Assembly (NCBI GenBank): GCA_963741945.1
Contig: CAVUKA010000007.1
Coordinates: 32,001 to 96,000, forward strand
Source: an uncultured Gemmatimonadales bacterium
GTDB taxonomy: Bacteria; Gemmatimonadota; Gemmatimonadetes; Longimicrobiales; RSA9
Direction of reading: 5' to 3'
Length of the DNA: 64,000 bases
Under the pieces are notes generated by a model that saw nothing but the letters and a program-made list of their open reading frames with translations, was not told the DNA's origin and did not search any database. This document shows, piece after piece, positions 1 through 10,373 of this stretch. The position numbers and the translations under genes are program-made. The first letter of the stretch is position 1, and every line of letters begins with the position of its first letter.

Positions 1-103
1 CCGCACCGATCTCGCGGACGGACGGCTGGTATGTATGGCTGCGAACGTAGTCCGCGAGGTAGTCGAGGACGTCGCGCTCGAGACTGCTCAGAGCATCCGG
101 CAT
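1..103 (-). CDS. lexA: LexA repressor, N-terminal DNA-binding domain (runs off the left edge)
   Basis: Not in the ORF track. Manual translation from ATG at 103 gives MPDALSSLERDVLDYLADYVRSHTYQPSVREIGA, matching LexA helix 1 and the conserved PSVREI motif. AGGAGG lies 7 nt upstream. Confidence 0.8.
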   Translation of the reverse strand, partial: MPDALSSLERDVLDYLADYVRSHTYQPSVREIGA

Positions 104-105
104 AA

Positions 106-178
106 TTGCCCCTCCTGGGATCGAACCAGGACTCTCCTGATCCAGAGTCAGGCGTGTTGCCAATTACACCAAGGGGCA
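106..178 (-). tRNA. tRNA-Gln(CTG), CCA not encoded
   Basis: The reverse complement folds as a cloverleaf: acceptor TGCCCCT/AGGGGCA, D stem GTGT/ACAC, anticodon arm CCTGA-CTCTGGA-TCAGG, T arm CCTGG-TTCGATC-CCAGG. It has the U1-A72 pair typical of tRNA-Gln. Confidence 0.97.
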
Positions 179-243
179 GAACACGCGCCCGGCTCCCATA
201 ACCGAATCGCGGGATGGGATCGTAGAGTTGGCCGGTCCGGGTG

Positions 244-1707
244 TCAACCGGCGGCGGCCAGCGCCAGCACGCGCTGGCGCGCCGCATCCAGGCGCGCCAG
301 CGTCCGATCCCGTCCCATCACGACGAGGACTTCGAAAATGCCGGGAGACACGGCCGCTCCGGTCACGGCCACCCGCACCGGGTGGATCAGCTTCCCCGCC
401 CCGACACCGAGCTCCTCCGCCAGTGCGCGCAGCGCATCCTCCAGCGGCTGCTCCTCCCAGGCGTCGATGTCGGAATAGACGTCCCGGATGCGGGCGAGGC
501 GGTCGGCCACGTCGGCGGGCTGCCGGGCCCAGTGCTTCTCGACGGCGGCCTCCTCGTATTCCACCCGCTCCGCCAGGTACGGCTCCGCCTGCGAGATAAT
601 GTCGTCCACCGTCCGCGCCCGCGGCTTCAGCAGGTCGATCAGGCGCAGCAGCCATGGCCGGCGCTGCGCGAGATCTGCCGGTGCGGCAAGGCCGGCGCTG
701 ATGAGGCGGTCCACCACCAGCGGCTCGAGCCGCTCGGGCGCGGCCGCGCTCAGGTACTGGCCGTTCAGCCACGCCAGCTTGTCCGTGTCGAATACCGCGC
801 TCTTCTTCCCGATTCCATCCAGAGAGAAGCGGCGGGTCAGCTCGGGGAGCGTCATGATCTCCGTGTCGTCGCCCGACGACCAGCCCAGCAGGGCGAGGAA
901 GTTGACCATCGCTTCCGGCAGGATCCCTTCCTCCCGGTACTGCCCCACGGCAGTGGCGCCATGCCGCTTGCTCAGCCGCTTCCCATCACTCCCCAGGATC
1001 ATGGGGACGTGGGCGAACGTCGGCCGCTCCCATTCCAGTGCTTCGTACAGCAGGATCTGCTTGGGCGTGTTCGAGAGGTGGTCGTCGCCCCGGATGACGT
1101 GCGTGATGCCCATCTCCCGGTCGTCGCTCACCACGGCCATGTTGTAGACGGGCGTCCCGTCGCTGCGCAGGACGATGAAGTCCTCGATGTCCGCGTTGTC
1201 GAAGCGGGTGCGTCCGTGGACCGCGTCCTCCCACACGGTCTCCCCGCCGGGCACCGCGAACCGCACCGTGTACGCCTCCCCCGCCGCCGCACGCTGCTCG
1301 CCCTCCTCCGGCGAGACCGTGAGGCGGCAGTGGCGGTCGTAGCGGTAGCCTTCTCCCCTGGATTCCGCCGCCCTGCGCTTCTCATCCAGCGATTCCGGCG
1401 TGCAGAAGCAGCGGTACCCGTGCCCGGACGCCAGCAGTCGCAGCGCGTCCCGGCGGTGCCGGTCGAGCCCGTCCGCCTGGTGCACGGGCCCTTCGTCCCA
1501 GTCCAGACCGAGCCACTCCATGCCATCGAGGATCGCCTGCGTCATGGCGTCGCTCGACCGCTCACGGTCCGTGTCCTCGATGCGCAGGATGAACGTCCCG
1601 CCGTGATGCCGTGCGAACAGCCAGTTGAAAAGCGCCGTGCGCGCGCCACCCACGTGCAGGTACCCGGTTGGTGACGGCGCGAAGCGCACCCGAACCCTCT
1701 CGCTCAC
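244..1707 (-). CDS. gltX: Glutamate--tRNA ligase
   Basis: RVRFAPSPTGYLHVGG (HIGH), RIEDTD, HVIRGDDHLSN and KRLSKR (KMSKS) motifs. GTG start at 1707 with GGAGGAG upstream. Confidence 0.96.
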   Translation of the reverse strand: MSERVRVRFAPSPTGYLHVGGARTALFNWLFARHHGGTFILRIEDTDRERSSDAMTQAILDGMEWLGLDWDEGPVHQADGLDRHRRDALRLLASGHGYRCFCTPESLDEKRRAAESRGEGYRYDRHCRLTVSPEEGEQRAAAGEAYTVRFAVPGGETVWEDAVHGRTRFDNADIEDFIVLRSDGTPVYNMAVVSDDREMGITHVIRGDDHLSNTPKQILLYEALEWERPTFAHVPMILGSDGKRLSKRHGATAVGQYREEGILPEAMVNFLALLGWSSGDDTEIMTLPELTRRFSLDGIGKKSAVFDTDKLAWLNGQYLSAAAPERLEPLVVDRLISAGLAAPADLAQRRPWLLRLIDLLKPRARTVDDIISQAEPYLAERVEYEEAAVEKHWARQPADVADRLARIRDVYSDIDAWEEQPLEDALRALAEELGVGAGKLIHPVRVAVTGAAVSPGIFEVLVVMGRDRTLARLDAARQRVLALAAAG

Positions 1708-1818
1708 TGCTCCTCCTCGACCCGTTCCCGCCGATGCTATCCCGTCACTACGGGGCCCCGGCCTCCCTGTCCCGCCGGCCATGGCCAGCTCCGAACACCT
1801 GCCGCGCTACCGGCCGCC

Positions 1819-2592
1819 CTACCAGCCGCCCCGGCGGCCGTGATGGCGGCCGCGCGGCCGCTCCGACCGCTCTTCAATGCGATCGAGGCGGCGCTGCATT
1901 CGCTGTTCCACCCTCGATCGCGCGTCACTTCCACGCTCGCCTCGATCCCTCACCTTGATCGAGACCCCGCCCATGAGCGCGAACCCCGTGACCCGGATGA
2001 CCGGCGCGTCCGGGGCCGGATCGACCTCGAGTTCGGATTCCTGGTCGAAGCCGCCCATCAGAGCGAATCCCTGCGTCTCCACGTGCACGTCGGGCGGCAC
2101 GGTGATGTCGACGCCGCCCCAGAAGGCGAAGCAGTTGATCTCGGTCACGCCCGACTTCAGGACCGCGTCGCGGAAATCCAGCTCCACGCCGCCCATGACG
2201 GCCACGGCCATCATCTGCGACGGCGGGGCCCACCGTCCGGCCCTTCGCGTTCCGCCCAGCACCGCGACCGCTACATGCCCGGCCTCGCGAAGGGAGCCCG
2301 ATGGCCGCTCGCCCCGGTCGCCGGCAGGTGCCGGTATACCACCCCGCGCCGCCGTCGATTCCGATCGTGCGACCGGGCGCGTGGCGGGCCGTCGGGCCGG
2401 AGGCGGGGCGGGTGCGGGCGCGCGCAGATCCGCCAGCAGCGCGTCCAGCTCGCCGCGATTCTGCGCGGCACGGGCGCGCTCCAGCCGCCGCTCGAGCTCG
2501 CCCATGGAGAGGGCGTCCTCGGCGAACTGACGGCAGAGCGCGTCGATGGTGTCCTCGCGCGCGTTCCGGAGCGTGATGGGGCGTTCGTCCAT
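1819..2592 (-). CDS. DUF1707 (SHOCT-like) domain protein with LiaF/DUF2154-like C-terminal beta domain
   Basis: N-terminal REDTIDALCRQFAEDALSMGELERRLERA; C-terminal repeats AVMGGVELDFR, AFWGGVDITVP and ALMGGVSIK. Confidence 0.8.
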   Translation of the reverse strand: MDERPITLRNAREDTIDALCRQFAEDALSMGELERRLERARAAQNRGELDALLADLRAPAPAPPPARRPATRPVARSESTAARGGIPAPAGDRGERPSGSLREAGHVAVAVLGGTRRAGRWAPPSQMMAVAVMGGVELDFRDAVLKSGVTEINCFAFWGGVDITVPPDVHVETQGFALMGGFDQESELEVDPAPDAPVIRVTGFALMGGVSIKVRDRGERGSDARSRVEQRMQRRLDRIEERSERPRGRHHGRRGGW

Positions 2593-2641
2593 GGTTCGGC
2601 CCAACAACATATCCTGTCCCGCTCCATCCCGCTAAGCGGTT

Positions 2642-5600
2642 TCAGCCGCTGCGCCGCGCCGGCCCGCGCTCGACCAGGAAATAGAGGGCGGGCGTGACCG
2701 TGAGCACGAAGAGGGTGGAACTGGCCAGTCCACCGATGAGCACATAGGCGAGCGCGTTCCAGATGTTCTCATCGGCCGAGGCGCTGAACGCCACGAGCGG
2801 GAGGAGGCCGCCGATGCTGGTCGCGCTGGTCATCAGGATCGGGCGCACCCGCTCGATCGTTCCGCGCACGACCGCGGCCTCCAGGCCGATCCCGTCCGCG
2901 CGTCGGAGGTGAGTGATGTGAGCCACCAGGAGGATCGCGTTGTTCACCGCGATGCCGGCCATGAGGATCACGCCCACGTACGCTTCACGCGTGAAGCTGG
3001 CGCGCGTGAAGAAGAAGGCGAGGAAGACGCCGACCAGCGCCATCGGTACGGTCAGGAGGACCGCCGCCGGCTGGCGCAGCGATTCGAACAGCGAGGCGGT
3101 GACCATGAAGACCAGGGCAATGGAAAGGGCGAGGATGCCGTGAACCTGCCGTTGCTCCTCTTCGCTCCAGCGCCCCGCATCGCCGGCCTGCAGCGTGTAT
3201 CCGGGGGGCAGGAACGTGCTCGCGATCACGGCATCCCGCGTGCGATCGCCCAGCTTGCTCGAGCCCCGGAACTCGTAGGCGACCACCCGGTTGTAGCGCT
3301 GGTCCTCCCGCTCGATACGGCCGGGGGTGGTCCGCTCCTCGAACCCCGCCACCGCAGCCAGGCGAACGGCCGATCCGCTCCCGGTCGGCAGCCGCAGGTC
3401 CTGCAGCGCCTGGACCGCAGTCGCCCCGCCGCCCGCCAGCATCACCGAGACCCGCGCGTCCTCCCCCGCCACCCGCACGACCGCTTCGCTCGCGCCGCTC
3501 CCGGTGGCGGCGGCGACCTGTCCGACCAGGTCGCGCACGGTGAGGTCGTGGAGCGCCAGGCGCGCGCGGTCGATCCGCAGCACCATCTCCGTCTCCTTCT
3601 CGCGCAACCGGTGCCCGCTGGCGTTCGTGTCCACGTCCCGGATGCGGCTGAAGCGCGCAAGCCGCTGCCCCACGTCTTCGGCGATCTCCCGTACTTCCTC
3701 GTAGTCGTAGCCGAGGACGTGGATCGAGTAGGCTGGCGGAGCGCCGACGTCGCCGTAGAACGACGGCCCATAGCCGTACACGCGAACCTGGAGCCCGTCG
3801 AACTGGCGGCTGTAGCCCACCAGCCGCTCCTTCACGGCGGCCGGAATCCCCGTGCCCGCCAGCGAGTCGGCAAACGTCACGTGGATGGTGCCGAACGACG
3901 GCTGCACGCGGGTCACGAACCGGTCCACTCCCGGCACTTCCCGCAGCGTCGCTTCCAGCTGCCGTGTCAACGCATCCACGCGCTCCAGGTCGTCGCCGCG
4001 CGGCATCCTCACGTCGATCTCGACGTAGCTGTCTCGCCCCCACCAGTCCGCCCACACCACCCCGCGGTCCACGTGGCGGTCGAACAGGTGGTACGACCCG
4101 CCGAGAAGAGCGAGCGCCGCGCCAACGGTCAGAACCGGCCGCCGCAGAGTGAAGCCGATCAGCCGGGCATGGACCCGGGTGCACCGGGGCGGCCGCGAGT
4201 CCACGGGGGGCGTCCCACGTCCGTCCGCAGTCCTAATCCGGCACGCGTGCGCACGGGCGACACCGGGCAGCCCCGCAACCCTTCTCCGCGCCGGGATTCC
4301 CGCCATGAGCCGGCTCGCGGCCGCGGGGATGAACGTGAACGCCACGACGAGGCTGGCGAGAAGGCTGAGCCCTACGACCACGGCGAGGGGGACGTAATAG
4401 GCCTGGAGCTCGCCCTGGAGGTAGACGAACGGAGTCAGCACCACCACCGTGGTGAGCGTGGCGGCGAGGATCGGGAGGGCCACCTCGCGCGCGCCACGGG
4501 CGGCCGCCTCGGCCGGAGCATCTCCCAGCATGCGACGCCGGAATACGTTCTCCAGCACCACGATGGCATTGTCCACGATGAGACCGAAGCCCATGGCCAG
4601 GCCCATCAGCGTAAGGACGTTGAGCGTGAGGCCGGCGAAATAGGCGAGATTGACCGTGATCAGGACGCTGAACCCGACCGTTGCCAGGACGATCACGGCC
4701 GCAGCAATGGAGCCGAGAAAGAGGAGCAGGACAAGGAAGATCATGCCCACGGCCACGGCCGCCCTGGTACGCAGGTTTGAAAGCTGGGCACGCACGGCCT
4801 CACCCTCGTCCTCATCCAGGATCAGGCGGGCGTCCGGCGGGATGGACGGGGCCAGGGCCGCGAGCCGCGCCTTCACGGCGTCGCCCAACCGGACCGCGTT
4901 GCTCCCGGGCCTCTTGCGTACCGTGAAGCTGACCGCGGGCAGGCCGTCTACGCGGTAGCGGCTGCGTGCGTCCTCGAACGTGTCGTGGATCCGGGCAACG
5001 TCGCCGAGCCGCACCCCTTCTCCGCCCCGGCCCCCGAGGGGCAGCGACAGCAGCTCGATCACGGACTCAACGCCCTGGTGGATCGCCAGTGTACGTCGGA
5101 CGCCCGCCTCCTCGATCAGGCCCGCCTCCGTGGCGGGCGCAAGCGCCCGGACGCCCTGACGCACGGCCGACAGCGAGAGACCCCGCCCTTCCGCCCGCGC
5201 CGGGTCCACCTCGATCTTCAGCAGACGGTCCCGGCCACCGCGGACTTCGACATCACCCACGCCCTCGATCTGCGTGAGCGCGGGAACGATCACGTCCTGG
5301 ACGCTCGCCCGCAGAGCCTCCGGCGTGGACGGGCCGGTCAGGGTGTATTCCAGGAACGGCTTCCGCCGATCCTCGAGCTCCCGGGGCACGTATGGCAGCA
5401 CATCCGGCGCCACGCGGTCGGGGAGGTGGCGGCGCAACGCCGCAATCCGCTCCGAGAGCTCGAGCCGCGCGAAATCCATCTTCGTGGAGCGGGAGAAGTC
5501 CGCCCGGATCGTGGCTCGACCCGGCTCCGACGTGGAACGGACTTTCTCGACACCGGGCAGCTCCCGGACTGCGCCCTCGAGTGGCGAAGCGATGAGGGCC

Positions 5601-5773
5601 TCGACCGCTTCAGGCGACGATCCGGGCCATTCCGCTCGCACGGTGAGACGGGGCAGCTCCGTCTCGGGCAGAAGCTCCAGCGGCATGTTGCGCCATGCGA
5701 CGACCCCGAGCAGCGCCGTGGCCACGTACGCCATGGCAGTCGCCACGGGGCGCCGAATCGCGAGGCCGATCAC
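2642..5773 (-). CDS. RND efflux permease (AcrB/AcrD/AcrF family)
   Basis: 1043 aa with IRRPVA at the N-terminus, GLIVDNAIVVLEN, RVRPILMT and a 12-TM pattern. Confidence 0.93.
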   Translation of the reverse strand: MIGLAIRRPVATAMAYVATALLGVVAWRNMPLELLPETELPRLTVRAEWPGSSPEAVEALIASPLEGAVRELPGVEKVRSTSEPGRATIRADFSRSTKMDFARLELSERIAALRRHLPDRVAPDVLPYVPRELEDRRKPFLEYTLTGPSTPEALRASVQDVIVPALTQIEGVGDVEVRGGRDRLLKIEVDPARAEGRGLSLSAVRQGVRALAPATEAGLIEEAGVRRTLAIHQGVESVIELLSLPLGGRGGEGVRLGDVARIHDTFEDARSRYRVDGLPAVSFTVRKRPGSNAVRLGDAVKARLAALAPSIPPDARLILDEDEGEAVRAQLSNLRTRAAVAVGMIFLVLLLFLGSIAAAVIVLATVGFSVLITVNLAYFAGLTLNVLTLMGLAMGFGLIVDNAIVVLENVFRRRMLGDAPAEAAARGAREVALPILAATLTTVVVLTPFVYLQGELQAYYVPLAVVVGLSLLASLVVAFTFIPAAASRLMAGIPARRRVAGLPGVARAHACRIRTADGRGTPPVDSRPPRCTRVHARLIGFTLRRPVLTVGAALALLGGSYHLFDRHVDRGVVWADWWGRDSYVEIDVRMPRGDDLERVDALTRQLEATLREVPGVDRFVTRVQPSFGTIHVTFADSLAGTGIPAAVKERLVGYSRQFDGLQVRVYGYGPSFYGDVGAPPAYSIHVLGYDYEEVREIAEDVGQRLARFSRIRDVDTNASGHRLREKETEMVLRIDRARLALHDLTVRDLVGQVAAATGSGASEAVVRVAGEDARVSVMLAGGGATAVQALQDLRLPTGSGSAVRLAAVAGFEERTTPGRIEREDQRYNRVVAYEFRGSSKLGDRTRDAVIASTFLPPGYTLQAGDAGRWSEEEQRQVHGILALSIALVFMVTASLFESLRQPAAVLLTVPMALVGVFLAFFFTRASFTREAYVGVILMAGIAVNNAILLVAHITHLRRADGIGLEAAVVRGTIERVRPILMTSATSIGGLLPLVAFSASADENIWNALAYVLIGGLASSTLFVLTVTPALYFLVERGPARRSG

Positions 5774-8700
5774 GCAACCTCCGCGCGCCGCCGTCCGCGC
5801 AGGCCCGCCACGAGGTCATAGGCCACGGGTATCACCACGAGAGTCAGGGCCGTGGCGGTGACCAGGCCGCCGATCACCGCGATCGCCAGCGGCGCGCGCA
5901 GATCCGCACCGCGCCCGAGCCCCAGCGCCATGGGCAGGAGCCCGAGGACGGTGGTCACTGTGGTCATCAGGATCGGGCGGAGCCGCGCACGACCCGCCTC
6001 CAGGATGGCGTCGCGGACGGACGCGCCGCGAGCGCGGGAGCGATTGATGAACTCCACCTTGATGATGGCATCGTTCACCGCGATCCCCACCAGGATCACC
6101 ATGCCGATCAGGCTCATGGCGTTCAGCCCGGCCCCCGTGAGCGCCAGCGCCCCGACGGCGCCGATCAGGGCCAGCGGCACGCTCAGCAGGATCGTCAGCG
6201 GGTGCAGGAACGACTCGAGCTGCGCGGCCAGGATCATGTAGACCAGGAGCAGCGCGAGGCCGAATGCGAAGCCCAGGTCCCGGAAGCTCTCGCGCATCTC
6301 CTCGTTCTCGCCCCCGATCTCCACGCGCACGCCACGAGGAACGGGCGCGGCGCTGGCGATCGCCAGCCGGATCGCCGCCACCGCAGAGCTCAGCCCACTC
6401 CCCGCGACGTCGGCATAAATGGGGACGACTCGGGTCTGGCGACGTCGCCGGATCTCGGTCGGTCCTGCCTCGTCCTTCACCCGGATCAGCTCCCGCAGGG
6501 GGACACCCTCCACCGTGAGATCGCGCAGGGTGCCGAGCGAATGCCGCTGCGATTCCGGGAGCCGGACGACGACCGGCGTCCTCCGATCGAACTCCAGGAG
6601 GTCGGTGGCCTGGTGGCCGAGCATGTAGCGCTCGACCGCCTCCGCCACGGTCCGCGCGTCGAGCCCGAACGCCGCGACGCGCTCGCGATTGATCTCGACC
6701 CGGGCTTCCGGCTGGCCCAGGTTCAGTCCAAGCCGGACGTTCGCCAGCGCTGGTGCCGAGGCCAGCGCGCGCGCCAGCACGCGCGCGTAACGGAGCACCC
6801 CGGCCGGGTCGTCGCCGCGTACCCGGACCGCGAGGTCCGCAACCCCTTCCCCCGTCAGCCACCCCACCGCCGCCGCCTGGCCGGCCTCCACGCTCGGTAC
6901 ACCCGCAGGCCACTGCTGCAGTGTCGGGCGCAGACGCGCCAGCGTAGTCGCGGTGGCGGCGCCGCGGGACAGCCGCACGTCGATGGCGGCCGTGTTGACC
7001 CCGCTCTCCCACCCACCCAACCCCGCAACGGCCGGTCCGCGCCCCACCAGGGTAAAGGTGGCCTCCACGCCCGGCGTCTCCCGGAGCACGGAGTCCAGCT
7101 TCGCCGTCGCTTCCGCCGTCCGGTCCAGCGATGCCCCCTCGGCCAGCGCGAGGCGGACCCGGAACCCACCCTGGTCTACCGGAGGCAGTACGCTGCGAGG
7201 AAGGACGCTCGCGAGCCCCATGGCCGCGAGGAAGAGCACACCCGTGATGGCCACCACCCGGCCCCGATGCCGGAGTGATGACACCAGCAGGCGGTGGTAG
7301 CACTCGGCGAACCGGCTGAAGCCGCGGTCGAACCCCGCGAACAGCGATTGGAGCCGCCGGGAGACCGCCGCAGCCAGACCGGCTCCCGAACGTGGCGGTC
7401 CCCGTCGCTCTGGGAGCGGGTGCTTCCCGCGATGGAGCCACCCGCCGGACTGCCAGCGAGCGGCCAGGGTGGGCAGGACCGTGAGCGCCACCAGCAAGCT
7501 TGCGAGCAGCGAGAAGGTCACCGCCAGCGACAGTGCGGTGAACAGCTGTCCGGCCACGCCTTTCACGTACGCAATGGGGCCGAAGACAGCCACGGTCGTG
7601 AGCGTGGACGCCGTGATCGCCCCCTGGACTTCCTCCGCGCCCACCACGGCGGACCCTGGAGTGGGCGATTCGAGCCCGGACGTCTGCAGCTCATGGTGAC
7701 GGGAGATGTTCTCGAGCACCACAATGCTGTTGTCCACCAGCATCCCCACACCGAGGGCCAGGCCGCCCAGGCTCATGATGTTGAGCGATACTCCGGCCAG
7801 GTCCAGGAGAGCGAGCGCAGCCAGGACCGAGAGCGGGATGGCCAGACCCACTGCCACCGGGTAGCGGGCGTCGCGCAGGAAGAGGAAGAGCACCAGGAAA
7901 GCCAGGATTCCGCCCAGGAGCAGCGCCTGGGTCACGCTGGAAACGGCATCGGCGATGAACCCCGCCTGGCTCGTGGCCAGGCGCAGGTGAATATCCGGGT
8001 GTTCCGCCCGGAGCCGCGCCACCACCCGGCCCACCTCTCGCGCCACCGCCACGGCGCTGGCATCGGGCTCGCGGTACAGCAGAAGTCCCACGGCGTCTTC
8101 CCCATTGTACCTGGCAATGGAAGTCGGCTCCGCGAAGCCATCCCGGATGGTGGCCAGGTCGCGCACCCTCACTTCGCCGCGATCGCCACCCTCCGCCGGG
8201 GACGCACGGGCCACCACCACGTCGCCGATCTGGGACGCGGCCTCGAGCTCGCCCATGGTGCGAAGGTGATAATTCAGCCGCCCCCGGGTCACCGTCCCGC
8301 CCGGGAGGGCCTGGCTGGACGCGGCCAGCGCTTCCGAGATGTGATCCAGCCCGATGCCGAACGATTCGGCGCGGCGTGAATCCACCTCCACCTGGACTTC
8401 GCGATGGAGGCCGCCAGTCACCGCCGCCCGCGCCACTCCGTCGACCTGCTCCAGGCGCCGCCGGAGGACCGTTTCGGCGAGCTCCCTCAACGCCAGCAGG
8501 TCCCCGGCCCCTGACACGGAGAGGGCCATGACCGGATCACTGCCCGGATCAGTGCGCAGAACGATGGGTCTGTCGGCCCGCTCCGGCAGAGCCTCGCCCA
8601 CGGCCTGGATCCGCTCACGCACGTTGAGCACGGCCACGTCCATGTCCGTCCCCCACGCGAACCAGATGGTGACCAGCGAGATCCCTTCCCGGCTGACGCT

Positions 8701-8943
8701 CTCCACGTCGCGGACTGCGGGGAGACCGGCCAGCTGCTGCTCCAGTGGCGCCGTGACGAAGCGCTCCACTTCGGCCGGTCCGGCACCCGGGTAGCCCGTG
8801 TGGACGAGCAGCTTCGGATAGGCGACGTCCGGCAGCAACTCAATGGGGAGACGACCGAAGGAGATCAGGCCCAGCAGCGCCACCGCCGCCGCCACCATGC
8901 TGACGCCCACCGGGCGCGTGACGGAGCGTCGCGGGAGGCTCAT
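5770..8943 (-). CDS. RND efflux permease (AcrB/AcrD/AcrF family)
   Basis: 1057 aa with GMLVDNSIVVLEN and RLRPILMTT. Start and stop overlap those of both neighbours. Confidence 0.93.
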   Translation of the reverse strand: MSLPRRSVTRPVGVSMVAAAVALLGLISFGRLPIELLPDVAYPKLLVHTGYPGAGPAEVERFVTAPLEQQLAGLPAVRDVESVSREGISLVTIWFAWGTDMDVAVLNVRERIQAVGEALPERADRPIVLRTDPGSDPVMALSVSGAGDLLALRELAETVLRRRLEQVDGVARAAVTGGLHREVQVEVDSRRAESFGIGLDHISEALAASSQALPGGTVTRGRLNYHLRTMGELEAASQIGDVVVARASPAEGGDRGEVRVRDLATIRDGFAEPTSIARYNGEDAVGLLLYREPDASAVAVAREVGRVVARLRAEHPDIHLRLATSQAGFIADAVSSVTQALLLGGILAFLVLFLFLRDARYPVAVGLAIPLSVLAALALLDLAGVSLNIMSLGGLALGVGMLVDNSIVVLENISRHHELQTSGLESPTPGSAVVGAEEVQGAITASTLTTVAVFGPIAYVKGVAGQLFTALSLAVTFSLLASLLVALTVLPTLAARWQSGGWLHRGKHPLPERRGPPRSGAGLAAAVSRRLQSLFAGFDRGFSRFAECYHRLLVSSLRHRGRVVAITGVLFLAAMGLASVLPRSVLPPVDQGGFRVRLALAEGASLDRTAEATAKLDSVLRETPGVEATFTLVGRGPAVAGLGGWESGVNTAAIDVRLSRGAATATTLARLRPTLQQWPAGVPSVEAGQAAAVGWLTGEGVADLAVRVRGDDPAGVLRYARVLARALASAPALANVRLGLNLGQPEARVEINRERVAAFGLDARTVAEAVERYMLGHQATDLLEFDRRTPVVVRLPESQRHSLGTLRDLTVEGVPLRELIRVKDEAGPTEIRRRRQTRVVPIYADVAGSGLSSAVAAIRLAIASAAPVPRGVRVEIGGENEEMRESFRDLGFAFGLALLLVYMILAAQLESFLHPLTILLSVPLALIGAVGALALTGAGLNAMSLIGMVILVGIAVNDAIIKVEFINRSRARGASVRDAILEAGRARLRPILMTTVTTVLGLLPMALGLGRGADLRAPLAIAVIGGLVTATALTLVVIPVAYDLVAGLRGRRRAEVA

Positions 8944-10373
8944 CCCCCGGTATCCGCCGAGCCGCGAAGCTGCTCCTCCACCTGCACCAGCGCGTCGGCG
9001 AGAGCGTAGCGCGCGCTCAGCAGCTGGCGTTCCGCGGTCGCCACCTGATCGCTGATCTGGCGCAGGAGGGTATAGTCCAGCGTTCCGAGGCGGTACAGCT
9101 CCTGTCCCTGCGCTAGCCGCTCGCGTGCGATTTCCGCAGACCGTTCAGCGAGCCGCACGGCCTCGCAGCCGTCTCGCAGATCGATGGCCGCGGAACGCGC
9201 CGCACGCTCCACCGCCAGCCGCGCCTCCCGGAGCGACGCCCGCGCGCTCTCGGCTGAGAGCTTCGCCGCTTCGACGGACGCGGACGCCTGGAGCCCGGGC
9301 AACAGCGGCACCGCCACGCGCAGGCCGAAACTCCAGCTCGAATTCTCCGGATGAAGCTCCCGGAACGCGGCGTACTCCCTCAGGTTCGCTCCCCGTCCCC
9401 AGCTGTATTCGAGGCTCAGCGACGGCAGCCTGCCCGCCCGGGCTGCCGAAACGCCGCGCTCCGCGGCCACCTTCCTGGCCTCCGCCTCGAGCACTGCGGG
9501 GCTCCGGCGCAGCGCCCACCGGGCCAGCGAATCCTCCGACAGCCGGTCCGGGTCGAAAGCAGTCGGAAGCGCGTCCATCAGCGCGAACGTGCGCCCCAGC
9601 GGCACACCCATGACTTCGTTGAGGATCAGCGCGGCCTTCCTCGCCTCCCCCCGCGCCCGTGACAGTGACTGCTCCGCCTGGGCGACCGACAGCTCCGCGC
9701 CCAGCACGTCCGTCGGCTGCCTCGCCGCTACCCGCAGAAGCGCGCGGATCGCCCACAGCTGGTCCTCGGCCGTGCGAAGGACACCTTCCTCGACGACGAT
9801 CAGCGCCTGGCGCTCTACCAGCTGGAAGTACGCCCGACCTACCCGCGTGCGCAGCGCCGCCACATCCCGCGCCCCGGCAGCCGCTTCCGCCCCGGTCAGG
9901 GCCCGGGCCGCGCCGTACGTTCGGATGGATGCCAGATCGAAGAGTGCGACGCGGCCGGCAAGACCCTGGGAAGTGCTGCTGGTGGTGCTCTTCTCGTACG
10001 ACGGTGCTTCGGTCGGCTGGCCGAAATCGTCGAAGGCCGTCTTCGTCCTGGCCGTGGTGCCGGTGAAGCTCAACCATGCCGACAGCGTCGGCAGCATCTC
10101 ACCGAGAGCCCGCCGCTCGTCGGACCGCACGACTGCGGCTCCGTTGACTGCCCGGGCGTGCGTGGGGCTGTGCTCGAGCGCGAGCGCGATGGCGGCCTCC
10201 AGCGAGAGCGGCTCGGGCACCCGCGAGCCGTCCCAGTCCGACGATCCCACATCCGGCCCTTCCTGCGCGCCCAGTGCGGCCGGTCCTGGTCCGGGGATCA
10301 CGAAACCGATCGCGACCGCAAACATCACCGCGACCGAGCGGGTGGATACGCCGACACGGTCGGACGCAGTCAG
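8940..10373 (-). CDS. TolC-family outer membrane efflux protein
   Basis: LSLEAAIALALEHSP and two outer-membrane efflux repeats. Start placed at an in-frame CTG (10373) overlapping the upstream stop, with GGAGG 5 nt before; alternative start is GTG at 10328. Confidence 0.85.
   Translation of the reverse strand: MTASDRVGVSTRSVAVMFAVAIGFVIPGPGPAALGAQEGPDVGSSDWDGSRVPEPLSLEAAIALALEHSPTHARAVNGAAVVRSDERRALGEMLPTLSAWLSFTGTTARTKTAFDDFGQPTEAPSYEKSTTSSTSQGLAGRVALFDLASIRTYGAARALTGAEAAAGARDVAALRTRVGRAYFQLVERQALIVVEEGVLRTAEDQLWAIRALLRVAARQPTDVLGAELSVAQAEQSLSRARGEARKAALILNEVMGVPLGRTFALMDALPTAFDPDRLSEDSLARWALRRSPAVLEAEARKVAAERGVSAARAGRLPSLSLEYSWGRGANLREYAAFRELHPENSSWSFGLRVAVPLLPGLQASASVEAAKLSAESARASLREARLAVERAARSAAIDLRDGCEAVRLAERSAEIARERLAQGQELYRLGTLDYTLLRQISDQVATAERQLLSARYALADALVQVEEQLRGSADTGG

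Noticed and set aside
106-178. tRNA-Gln as an integration site
   Set aside because: It is flanked by the core genes gltX and lexA, and I saw no duplicated tRNA 3' end or integrase in the window.
1737-1934. Short ORF between the DUF1707 gene and gltX, and the 25-aa N-terminal extension of gltX in the ORF track
   Set aside because: The short ORF overlaps the DUF1707 gene and is low-complexity. gltX homology and the RBS both support the GTG start at 1707.
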